Assembly (NCBI GenBank): GCA_039916065.1
Contig: JBDSME010000642.1
Span: forward strand, 1 to 39,057
Source: Polyangia bacterium
GTDB lineage: Bacteria; Myxococcota_A; Polyangia; Fen-1088
DNA: 39,057 bases
Direction of reading: 5' to 3'
Position numbers and translations under genes: made by a program
Shown: piece by piece, positions 27,439 to 34,877 of the stretch
Layout of the letters: every line of letters starts with the position of its first letter
Position numbering within the stretch: position 1 is the first letter of the stretch
The notes under the pieces: model-generated
What the model was told of the DNA's origin: nothing
The model's database searches: none
What the model saw: the letters and a program-made list of their open reading frames with translations, nothing else

Positions 27439-29031
27439 ATGATCCTTTCCGTCGCGCGCGCCAGCGTGTACCCCCTCCCCATGGACGAATCTGCGCCCTC
27501 GAGGCTCGACCCATCAGCTGAGTCGTCGTCCGATCGGATTTCCGATCGGATTTCCGAGCGGATTTCCGAGCGGATTTCCGAACGCGTCTCGGAACGTCCG
27601 TTGCCACGGCCGCGGCGGGTACCTTTGCTGGGACGGTTGAGACTGCTCGGTGCTGGACGGTGGCATCACCCCATCCGCGATCGCCCGGCGGCCTGTTTCA
27701 TCGCGGTGCGCGGGCGCACCGGCGTGGGGAAGAGCACCATTGCCGCCAATCTGGCCGTGGCCCTGGCGGGATTGCGTTCGCGCGTGGTGCTGATCGACCT
27801 CGACCTCAGGCACCCCACCCAGCACCAGCTCTTCGGGATCGCCACGCCGGTGCACGGACTGAAGGCTCTGCTTCGCGAGCAGATCGACACCCTGGAGCAG
27901 GCGCTGACGCCGACGCCGGTGCGCAACCTCCACCTGGTCTCCGGTGATGGTGCGGTCCTGCCCAACGGGGCCGCCGCGGTGGAGCAGCAGCGACGCCTGC
28001 TGGCCCAGATCTGGGAGCTCGACGCGGATGTGGTGGTGGCTGACGTGGGGTCCGACTCTGGCGGCGAGCTGGTGGACCTGTTCGAGATGGGTGCCATTCG
28101 CGTGGTGGTCTCCGCTCCTGATTCCCGTTCCATCCGCCGCGGCTACAACTTCTTCAAGGAACAGGTGGTGCGCGAGATCGAACACGTCGCCGGCGGCACC
28201 TCCGAGGGAGCGCTGCTGGTGGGGGCGCTGAAATCGCCGCACGCGCGTCCCATGAATGAGCTGCTGGCGCGCCTGGGCGGCAAGCCAAACCTTCACGCCG
28301 CCACCCTGCAAGCCCTGCAGGGGTTCACCGGTCGCCTGATCGGGAACCGCATCCGCAACCACGCCGAGGCCGATCTGATGCACGCGGCGTCGCGCCTGCT
28401 GGCGGACTACCTGGGAATCAACGTGCCCGTGCTCGGCACCCTGGAAACCAGCCTGCAGATCGACGCCACGCGCATCTCTGGAAAGCCGCTGCTCCTCGGC
28501 GCCGGGATCGACCGCAACGTGCGTCTGTTTCATTCGATGGCCGCACAGCTCTTGACAGAGGGCGAGGAGTCAGAGGCGCCGCGCTGTGTGACTCGATCGG
28601 TCGCCCCCTCCCTCACCCCCTCCCTCTCCCCTGCCCCGACCGGCGCCGGCGCAACGGTGCGCGCGCCCGTGGTGCCGGACGCCGACGGCGCCGACCTGCC
28701 AAGCTCCCTCGGTGGCTACATGCGCCGTCACCCCCGCCATCCTGTGGACTGGCATGCCCAGTTCCGTTCGGATTCGGGAAAGGAGACTCCGGTGCGCGTT
28801 TTCGAGGTGTCGCAATCAGGCGCCTCCATCGAGACGCTCCCTGGTCTGGACAACGGCGACCAAGGCCTGCTCATCTTCTGGCAGGTGGCCCAGCAGCCGC
28901 AAGTGCGCGTCACCGTCAAGGATGCCCGCCGGCCCCTGGGGCGCGCCGGTCTGGAGTTCATCGACACAGGGTCCGAGGAGGTCGGCGCGCGCCTGGTGGA
29001 GCTGGCCGCGCACGAACGCAGCAATATGTAG
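27439..29031 (+). CDS. MinD/ParA/FleN(FlhG)-like P-loop ATPase fused to a C-terminal PilZ domain. Start uncertain: 27313, 27439, 27481 or in-frame TTG 27625/27637
   Basis: P-loop GRTGVGKST lies at 27712-27738, followed by VVLIDLDL and ADVVVADVG (ParA-type Walker A'/B). After a linker, the PilZ signatures RRHPR (28723-28737) and EVSQSG (28804-28821) occur. Confidence 0.75.
   Translation: MILSVARASVYPLPMDESAPSRLDPSAESSSDRISDRISERISERISERVSERPLPRPRRVPLLGRLRLLGAGRWHHPIRDRPAACFIAVRGRTGVGKSTIAANLAVALAGLRSRVVLIDLDLRHPTQHQLFGIATPVHGLKALLREQIDTLEQALTPTPVRNLHLVSGDGAVLPNGAAAVEQQRRLLAQIWELDADVVVADVGSDSGGELVDLFEMGAIRVVVSAPDSRSIRRGYNFFKEQVVREIEHVAGGTSEGALLVGALKSPHARPMNELLARLGGKPNLHAATLQALQGFTGRLIGNRIRNHAEADLMHAASRLLADYLGINVPVLGTLETSLQIDATRISGKPLLLGAGIDRNVRLFHSMAAQLLTEGEESEAPRCVTRSVAPSLTPSLSPAPTGAGATVRAPVVPDADGADLPSSLGGYMRRHPRHPVDWHAQFRSDSGKETPVRVFEVSQSGASIETLPGLDNGDQGLLIFWQVAQQPQVRVTVKDARRPLGRAGLEFIDTGSEEVGARLVELAAHERSNM
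27529..27600. repeat. 12-bp tandem repeat, 4 good and 2 degenerate units of near-palindromic TCCGA(T/G)CGGATT (rotated: TCGGATTTCCGA)
   Basis: Units are tccgatcggatt x2, tccgagcggatt x2, tccgaacgcgtc and tcggaacgtccg. If translated they give SDRISDRISERISERISERVSERP. GC3 is low for this genome, so the array may be non-coding leader or promoter DNA. Confidence 0.85.
27590..27605 (+). promoter_or_regulatory. Candidate sigma54-type promoter on the plus strand at the 3' edge of the 12-mer array: CGGAAC-gtccg-TTGCC
   Basis: GG-N10-GC spacing is exact (GG 27591-92, GC 27603-04). If this promoter is used, the ATPase-PilZ gene would start at an in-frame TTG (27625 or 27637), roughly 25-30 aa before the P-loop. 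Confidence 0.25.
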
Positions 29032-29090
29032 CAGCTCACGACGGCTCACGACGGCTCACCCCGTCTTCAGCGCGACAAGCCCGGACGAAT

Positions 29091-30170
29091 TCACTTCGCG
29101 GGGCAGCCGACGCGCGCCGTGGTGCTGACGGCCACGTCGTCGAACCACATCTTGCCGACGGAGGGGGCGTTGCCCGGCTGGGCGTTGTAGGCCCCGACCG
29201 CCAGATAGTTGAATTTCGGCGCTGTCCAGACGTTGGATCCGGAGCAGCCATCGCCCGACCCGTTCACCATTCGTGACAGCTGGGAATCGATGTAAAATCC
29301 CATCTGATTCTTCGGACCATCGTAGACCCACTCCCAGCACATCCACTTGTTGAGGGGAATATTCGTGCTCGGGGATGGACGGGCCCAGCAGTCGCTCCCG
29401 CTGGCATAGTAGTTCAGCAACACCTTTCCGGTTTGCTCGCCGACGTTGTACCAGGGCGTTTGGCCGTTGGTTGCGGAGGCGCGCACGAAATCCGTGTGCC
29501 CGGCGGGGAGGCTCTCGAAGTACATCATCACCCGACCGTAAATCGTGTTGTTGGGGAGCGGAAAAAGTGGGGCCCCCATCCGCTGCAGCCAGCCGCCGCG
29601 CTGCCCCGTCGCCATGGTGATTCCGAGCGCGTTCTTGCCGCTCGAGGCGTGGGTGGAGTCGATCGCCAAGGCCCCCCCGCTCTCCATCTTCACCCAGCCG
29701 TCCAGGTTTCCATCCTCGAAGTCGTCGCAAAAAACAGCCGTACTGGGACAATTGGCCGAGGGAGCCTGGCCCCCCGCCCCAACCATTCCTGCCGTGCCCG
29801 CCGTGCCGCCAGATCCTCCCGAGCGCCCCCCGCCGGGCATTCCCCCCGCTGGTGCCCCGCCAACACCAGCGCCGCCGGTGCCGGTATCAGCGCCCCCGCT
29901 GCCGGCGGACACACCGCCGCTTCCCGCGGGAGCACCGCCCGATGACACCGCGTCACCACCCGAGCCCGACGCGGTCTCGCCCCCGCTTGCGCTGCGGCCC
30001 CCCGTGGCGGTTCCCGCGCCGCCTGTTTCGTGACCAGTGGTGCTGGAGCCTCCAGTACCGCTGCTCACCATCTCAGGGGGAGCACAGCCCCCGAAGAGCA
30101 CGGAAAGGCTGAATACCGCCGTACCCGCGACCGCAGCAATTCCCGGGCACCAGACCGATAAATTGGACAT
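29091..30170 (-). CDS. Lipoprotein with Gly/Ser/Thr-rich linker and a C-terminal concanavalin-A-like (LamG / polysaccharide-lyase-like) beta-sandwich domain. The function call is tentative.
   Basis: The N-terminal …SLSVLFGGC is a lipobox. The C-domain CDDFEDGNLDGWVKMESGGALAIDSTHASSGKNAL…MWFDDVAV resembles LamG/glucanase-fold proteins. I use the ATG at 30168-30170; the track begins one codon earlier at a GTG. Confidence 0.55.
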   Translation of the reverse strand: MSNLSVWCPGIAAVAGTAVFSLSVLFGGCAPPEMVSSGTGGSSTTGHETGGAGTATGGRSASGGETASGSGGDAVSSGGAPAGSGGVSAGSGGADTGTGGAGVGGAPAGGMPGGGRSGGSGGTAGTAGMVGAGGQAPSANCPSTAVFCDDFEDGNLDGWVKMESGGALAIDSTHASSGKNALGITMATGQRGGWLQRMGAPLFPLPNNTIYGRVMMYFESLPAGHTDFVRASATNGQTPWYNVGEQTGKVLLNYYASGSDCWARPSPSTNIPLNKWMCWEWVYDGPKNQMGFYIDSQLSRMVNGSGDGCSGSNVWTAPKFNYLAVGAYNAQPGNAPSVGKMWFDDVAVSTTARVGCPAK

Positions 30171-30176
30171 CACGCA

Positions 30177-31289
30177 CTAAGGGAATGACGGAGGCGCAAC
30201 CTTTTCGGATTTCTTGCGAGCAGAACCGAGGTGCCACCGGCGCCGACGCCGCGCCAGGAGGAAGGTGGCCAGCATGCCCGCGCCGATCGCGCCCCCGCTG
30301 CCCACGGTGTCGGTCGGGCTCGTTCCGCCAAGCGAGCAACCGCTCGGACTGTCGCCCGACGCGCTATTGCCCGCTTTTCCACCGGTCGAGCCGACGGCAC
30401 CACCGGTGGCTGACGGGGAGCCGCCGCCCGTTGCCAGGCCGCCGCTGCCCTGAGCGCCGCCAGTCTCCATGACCGGTGCGGCGGCTCCGCCGGAGCCGTC
30501 GCCGGTGCTGCCGGGCGCGCCGCCAGTCCCCTCGACGGTGCCGCCATCGGACGTTCCGGAGCGCCCTGCCGTGCCGGCGCCCGCCCCGCCGCCGCCCCCG
30601 GTCCCCGCACCCCCTCCTCCGTTGCCACCCGAGCCCGCGGCCGGCCCGTCGCCGGAACCACCATCCAGCATCGCGATTCCGCCGGCGGGGACGTAGGTGC
30701 TGCCGGCCGCCACGAGGGTCACGATGACGTGAAGGTCGGTGGGCATGTAGAGCGCGGAGGTAGCGGCGCCGACATTCTCAGGCGCCACCTTCACGTTCTT
30801 GGTGTCCTTGAGCAGCAGGGCGACCTTGACGATTCCCTTGTCCCACGGGATGGGCCCGGGCTTGTAGAACCGGGAAAAGGGCGTGTCCCATTCGTACAGG
30901 CCGGTGGTCTTGTACGGTTTCGAGATGTCCACGCAGCCGTAGTTCTGCGTGGCCTCGAAGCACACCTGAAAACAGGTATCCGTCGTGGTATTCGGCTTGG
31001 TTTTCACCTCCAGCCGGACGTGCGCCGAACCATTCGAGTAATCGGCTGGAGAGACCAAGTTTTTGGGCGTCCCTGCTGCCGGGCTGACGCGGTAGTGCGA
31101 GTCCATCGTCGTGGTCGCTGAGTGCGTGTAGACCACGTCGGCAACGACGATCTGGACGGCCTGGGCCGAACGGCCGGTGGTGAGGACGGTCCCCAGGATT
31201 GTCCCGATGACTCCCGCTGTCATCCAAGAGCGGGATTTCCAAGAAGTGGCGGATTTCCAGGAAAGTCGCTTCCTTTGCACGGTCAGCAT
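30177..31289 (-). CDS. Exported protein of unknown function with a Gly-rich linker and MYXO-CTERM-like tail (SGCS…AGMLATFLLARRRRR) followed by 19 extra residues
   Basis: The signal-like MTAGVIGTILGTVLTTGRSAQA gives an alternative start at ATG 31223. The Cys codon lies at 30336-30338 and RRRRR at 30237-30251. The gene ends 6 nt upstream of the next gene. Confidence 0.6.
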   Translation of the reverse strand: MLTVQRKRLSWKSATSWKSRSWMTAGVIGTILGTVLTTGRSAQAVQIVVADVVYTHSATTTMDSHYRVSPAAGTPKNLVSPADYSNGSAHVRLEVKTKPNTTTDTCFQVCFEATQNYGCVDISKPYKTTGLYEWDTPFSRFYKPGPIPWDKGIVKVALLLKDTKNVKVAPENVGAATSALYMPTDLHVIVTLVAAGSTYVPAGGIAMLDGGSGDGPAAGSGGNGGGGAGTGGGGGAGAGTAGRSGTSDGGTVEGTGGAPGSTGDGSGGAAAPVMETGGAQGSGGLATGGGSPSATGGAVGSTGGKAGNSASGDSPSGCSLGGTSPTDTVGSGGAIGAGMLATFLLARRRRRWHLGSARKKSEKVAPPSFP

Positions 31290-31314
31290 GTTACCGTTAA
31301 CTTCTGCCGAATTG

Positions 31315-31403
31315 GGAAGTTTTCCTCATCGCCTGACTTTTTACGGATCTGGAAAGTTTTCATCGTCGACCTGCCCTTTCCTGCCCTGAGAAGTTTCTCA
31401 TTG
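31315..31403. repeat. Three imperfect ~16-bp direct repeats (GGAAGTTTTCCTCATCG / GGAAAGTTTTCATCGTCG / GAGAAGTTTCTCATTG) spaced 36-37 bp apart in an AT-rich divergent intergenic region
   Basis: Seen directly at 31315-31331, 31351-31368 and 31388-31403. Each contains a GGAA/GAGAA…TTCC/TTCTC near-palindrome. Confidence 0.7.
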
Positions 31404-31420
31404 ACCGGAAATTACAAGTC

Positions 31421-31443
31421 GGGAATCGGAAATCGGAAATCGG
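31421..31443. repeat. Heptamer tandem repeat, GGAAATC about x3
   Basis: The sequence is gggaatcggaaatcggaaatcgg. Confidence 0.8.
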
Positions 31444-31523
31444 CCGCCCTTAACTCAAACTCCTGGCGACGACGGACGAAAATAGAACAGGGACCGATCT
31501 ACGAGCCGCGGAGGCCATTCAAA

Positions 31524-33314
31524 ATGAGGCGCAGCGACTTTTTTCTATCGTGCCGCGGCATCGCCCAGGCGACCGGAGGGTTCGCCTTGTGGGCGCTGCT
31601 CTCGTCCTGCACGGGGGTTGTGAGCCCCATCGGGGGATCCCCCGCCAGCCAGGGACCGCCCGGAGGCGGGGGCGGCGTCCCCGGCCAGCAACCCACCGGA
31701 AATCCTCTGCCCCCCAAAGGTGGCAATGTTGGCACTGGTGGTTCCGCGGGAGATACGTCCCCCCCGACGTTGCCGTCCGCGACGCCCGTCGCTCTGAATT
31801 GCACCGCGCCGGCCATGGGGGTGTCTCCCCTCCGGCGTCTCAGCCATCGGGAGTACGACAACGCGATCGCCGATTTGCTTGGCGACAAGAGTCACCCCTC
31901 CGCGATGTTCCCGGAAGATACCGAGATCGGCCTGTTCGATAACTCGGCGGCGGCGCAAACGGTTCCCGTGCTCCTGGCGGGCCAGTACCTCGACAGCGCG
32001 GTCCGCCTCGCCAATGTTGCTGCCAACCTGCCCACGCTGGTCGGGTGTGATTTCGCCGGTACCGCCGGTGCCACCTGCGCCCGCACGTTCATCGGGCGCT
32101 TCGGGCGGCGCGCCTTTCGCCGCCCCGTCACGGCGGACGAGACCACGCGGCTGGGGGCCATCTTCGACAAGGCAGGGGCCGCCGACAAGGCGGTGGGCAT
32201 TCGCGCTGTCATTGCCGCCTTGCTCGCCTCGCCGCACTTCATCTACCGCCCCGAATTTGGCACCGCCGATACGACCATTCCCGGCACGCACCGCTTGACT
32301 CAATTCGAACAGGCCTCTCGTCTGGCATCCCTGCTGTGGGCGGCGGGCCCGGACGACATGCTCCTCGACGAGGCCCAGGCAGGCCGTCTCGCCACGCGTG
32401 AGCAGATCGCTACTCAAGCGCGGCGAATGCTGTCCGACCCGCGGGCGCGGGCGGCCACAACGGCTTTCTACGATCAATGGTTGGGGCTGAAGATGCTCGA
32501 CGTGGCCACCAAGGACACGGCGGTATACAAGTTCGACGACGCGTTGCAGACGGCGATGCGCGAGGAAACGGAACGCTTCATCGACAACGTCATCTGGACC
32601 GACGACGCCAAGCTTTCAACACTGCTGGGCGCTCCCTACTCGTTCTTGAACGCACCGCTGGCCACCTTGTACGGCGTGCAGGGGGTAACCAGCGCCACCA
32701 CATATACCAAGGTGATGCTGGATCCGGCGCAGCGCGCAGGCTTGTTGACGCAGGCAAGCTTCCTGACGGCGTTCGCCCGGCCCGACAACAGCTCGCCGGT
32801 CAAGCGCGGCAACTGGATCCGCAGGCGGCTGCTCTGCGGAGACCTGCCCGATCCCCCGAACAACGTCCCCCAGTTGCCCGAGATCATGGCCGGTGTCTCC
32901 AACCGCGACCGGTTCGCCATGCATGTTAGCGCTCCGGCTTGCGCACCCTGCCATTCTCAGATCGATGGCCTGGGATTCGGCCTGGAAGCCTACGACGGCA
33001 TTGGCCGTTACCGAACCGAAGACCGGGGCCTCAAGGTCGATGCGGCGGGGGTCATTTCCCAGACCGTGGATATCAACGGAGCCTACAACGGGGCCATGGA
33101 GCTGTCGGCGCTCCTCGGTCGCAGTACGCAGGTGCGTGACTGCGTTCCAACCCAGTGGCTTCGCTACGCTCTGGCGCGCCGAGAGGGCGCCGACGACGAC
33201 TGCGCCCTGAAGACGGTGCGTGAGGCCTTCACGGCGTCCGGTGGCAATCTGAAGGAGCTCATGGTGACCCTGACGCAGACCGATGCGTTCATGAACTACA
33301 AGCCGGCCAACTAG
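31524..33314 (+). CDS. DUF1585/1587/1588/1592/1595-family protein (planctomycete-type PSD/PSCyt modules), lipoprotein-like N-terminus
   Basis: I place the start at MRRSDFFLSCRG…LLSSC. Family-typical strings are present: RRLSHREYDNAIADLLGD, FIGRFGRRAFRRPVT, FYDQWLGL, LLTQASFLTAFARPDNSSPVKRGNWIRRRLLC and CAPCHSQIDGLGFGLEAYDGIGRYR. The track's 5' extension to 31122 overlaps the divergent gene and the intergenic DNA. Confidence 0.7.
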   Translation: MRRSDFFLSCRGIAQATGGFALWALLSSCTGVVSPIGGSPASQGPPGGGGGVPGQQPTGNPLPPKGGNVGTGGSAGDTSPPTLPSATPVALNCTAPAMGVSPLRRLSHREYDNAIADLLGDKSHPSAMFPEDTEIGLFDNSAAAQTVPVLLAGQYLDSAVRLANVAANLPTLVGCDFAGTAGATCARTFIGRFGRRAFRRPVTADETTRLGAIFDKAGAADKAVGIRAVIAALLASPHFIYRPEFGTADTTIPGTHRLTQFEQASRLASLLWAAGPDDMLLDEAQAGRLATREQIATQARRMLSDPRARAATTAFYDQWLGLKMLDVATKDTAVYKFDDALQTAMREETERFIDNVIWTDDAKLSTLLGAPYSFLNAPLATLYGVQGVTSATTYTKVMLDPAQRAGLLTQASFLTAFARPDNSSPVKRGNWIRRRLLCGDLPDPPNNVPQLPEIMAGVSNRDRFAMHVSAPACAPCHSQIDGLGFGLEAYDGIGRYRTEDRGLKVDAAGVISQTVDINGAYNGAMELSALLGRSTQVRDCVPTQWLRYALARREGADDDCALKTVREAFTASGGNLKELMVTLTQTDAFMNYKPAN

Positions 33315-33356
33315 GCAACCTGCAACTTGGCAACTGGCAACTTGGTAACTGGCACC
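33314..33356. repeat. Six tandem 7-8-bp units, consensus (T)TGGCAAC, in the 62-bp spacer between the DUF1592-family and DUF1552 genes
   Basis: The units are ggcaacc, tgcaact, tggcaac, tggcaact, tggtaac, tggcacc. Confidence 0.85.
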
Positions 33357-33376
33357 TCGGAACCGGATAGAAGGTA

Positions 33377-34696
33377 ATGCCCATGAACAAACAATGGCTG
33401 GCTTCGAGACGCGCTCTGCTGGGAATACTCGGGGCTGGTGGCGCCGCGGCAATGTTTCCCTTCCGAAAAGCGGTCGCTGCGCCTCCCACCCGGTTCATCG
33501 TCGTCCACGTCCCGGAGGGAATGTGGACGAGCGCCAAGCGGCCCGAGGCGGGCGCAACCACCCTCGGACCCATCTTTGGGCCGCTCGACCCGTATCGTTC
33601 GCAGATCACCGTGCTGAACAACCTGAACATGCAGTCGCGCGACCATGGCCCTGGGGGCGACGGGCACAAACGCGGCGTGCCCCACATGTTGACCTGCATC
33701 GAGATGGCGGACACCAACAATGCTGGTGGACCGTCTATAGACCAGCGCATCGCCCAGTCCATCGGCGCCGGCCTGAAATTCGACTCACTCCAGTTCGGAG
33801 TGCGAATTATTTACGGTGACACCAATTCGAAGTGTATCTGGTCGGCGCCGTCGCGGGTGGTTCCTTCCATGCAGAGCCCCTTTGATGCCTACAAGCGCAT
33901 CTTCGGCGACGCCGTCATGCCGGCGCCGGCCCCCGGCGGTGGAACGGCCACGCCGCCCTTCGATATGAAGAAGAGCGCCATGGACTTTGCGCTCGCTGAC
34001 CTGACCTCCTTGCGTACGCGGTTGCCGGTCAGCGATCGCGATCGGCTGGATTCGTACCAGGACTCCCTGCGGGACATCGAGAAACGCCTGTCCACCGTGG
34101 CGCCACCGGTAACCACGGGCGGCGCTTGCGCCGCGCCGACGTTGTCGGCGGCAATCGACGTCAAGAATGTCGCGAACTATCCAACCATCGGCAAGCTGCA
34201 GATGGATCTGATGGTGGCGGCGCTGCAATGCGGTCTCACGCGGGTGGCCAGTCTGCAGTGGGGAAACTCCAACGACCAGTGCACCTATCCGTGGCTGGGC
34301 ATCAATGCGCTCGGTCACGACCTGGCGCACAACAATGGGAACGTGGACTCCTCGGGCTCGAAAAAGCAGATGGTGTTCAACTGGTATGCGCAGCAGTTCG
34401 CGTACCTGCTGGGCAAACTGCAGGGCACGGCGGAGGGCACGGGGACCATGCTCGACAATACCGTCATCCTGTGGGTGTCGGAGTTCAGCGATGGCAACGC
34501 CCATCGGGCGGACAAGCTGCTCTGGCTGCTGATGGGAAACGCCAACGGATACTTCAAGCAGGGACGAGTTCTGGATATGGGGGGGCGTTCCGTCAGCGAT
34601 CTGCACGTCTCGTTGTTGAACGCGTTCGGGATCCAGGACAAGACCTTTGGCAATCCGGCCTATTGCAAGGGACCGCTGACCGCATTGCAGGGTTGA
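33377..34696 (+). CDS. DUF1552-family protein with twin-arginine-type signal
   Basis: MPMNKQWLASRRALLGILGAGGAAAMF is Tat-like. RFIVVHVPEGMW, GHDLAHNNG and VILWVSEFSDGNAH are typical of DUF1552 proteins, which pair with DUF1592-family genes. Confidence 0.7.
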   Translation: MPMNKQWLASRRALLGILGAGGAAAMFPFRKAVAAPPTRFIVVHVPEGMWTSAKRPEAGATTLGPIFGPLDPYRSQITVLNNLNMQSRDHGPGGDGHKRGVPHMLTCIEMADTNNAGGPSIDQRIAQSIGAGLKFDSLQFGVRIIYGDTNSKCIWSAPSRVVPSMQSPFDAYKRIFGDAVMPAPAPGGGTATPPFDMKKSAMDFALADLTSLRTRLPVSDRDRLDSYQDSLRDIEKRLSTVAPPVTTGGACAAPTLSAAIDVKNVANYPTIGKLQMDLMVAALQCGLTRVASLQWGNSNDQCTYPWLGINALGHDLAHNNGNVDSSGSKKQMVFNWYAQQFAYLLGKLQGTAEGTGTMLDNTVILWVSEFSDGNAHRADKLLWLLMGNANGYFKQGRVLDMGGRSVSDLHVSLLNAFGIQDKTFGNPAYCKGPLTALQG

Positions 34697-34877
34697 ACTC
34701 CGCTCAGCTGGCAGCGCATTGCGGCGCCCCTGAAACCACGGTCTCCTCGCTCGCCGCCGATGTTCGCACCCGGGAGAGTCGGCGCGGCCAGTCTCGTTCC
34801 CTCGCGCCGCCTGCTCCAACCTTCGCTTGACCCGGGGGAATCCCCTCTTATTCTTGGCCCCGCGGGGGAATCACAAG

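Noticed and set aside
29034-29060. Short tandem ctcacgacgg x2.5 between the convergent ATPase-PilZ and lipoprotein genes
   Set aside because: It is real but tiny, with no hairpin or U-tract, so there is no basis to call it a terminator or regulatory site.
31122-31523. 5' extension of the DUF1592-family ORF (730-aa version)
   Set aside because: The extension runs through the divergent gene's 5' end and the AT-rich repeat region. A proper lipoprotein-type N-terminus starts at ATG 31524.
34709-34722. TGGCAG-cgca-TTGC upstream of the sulfite reductase gene as a sigma54 promoter
   Set aside because: The GG-to-GC spacing is one base too short (N9 instead of N10), and the spacing is essentially invariant in sigma54 promoters.
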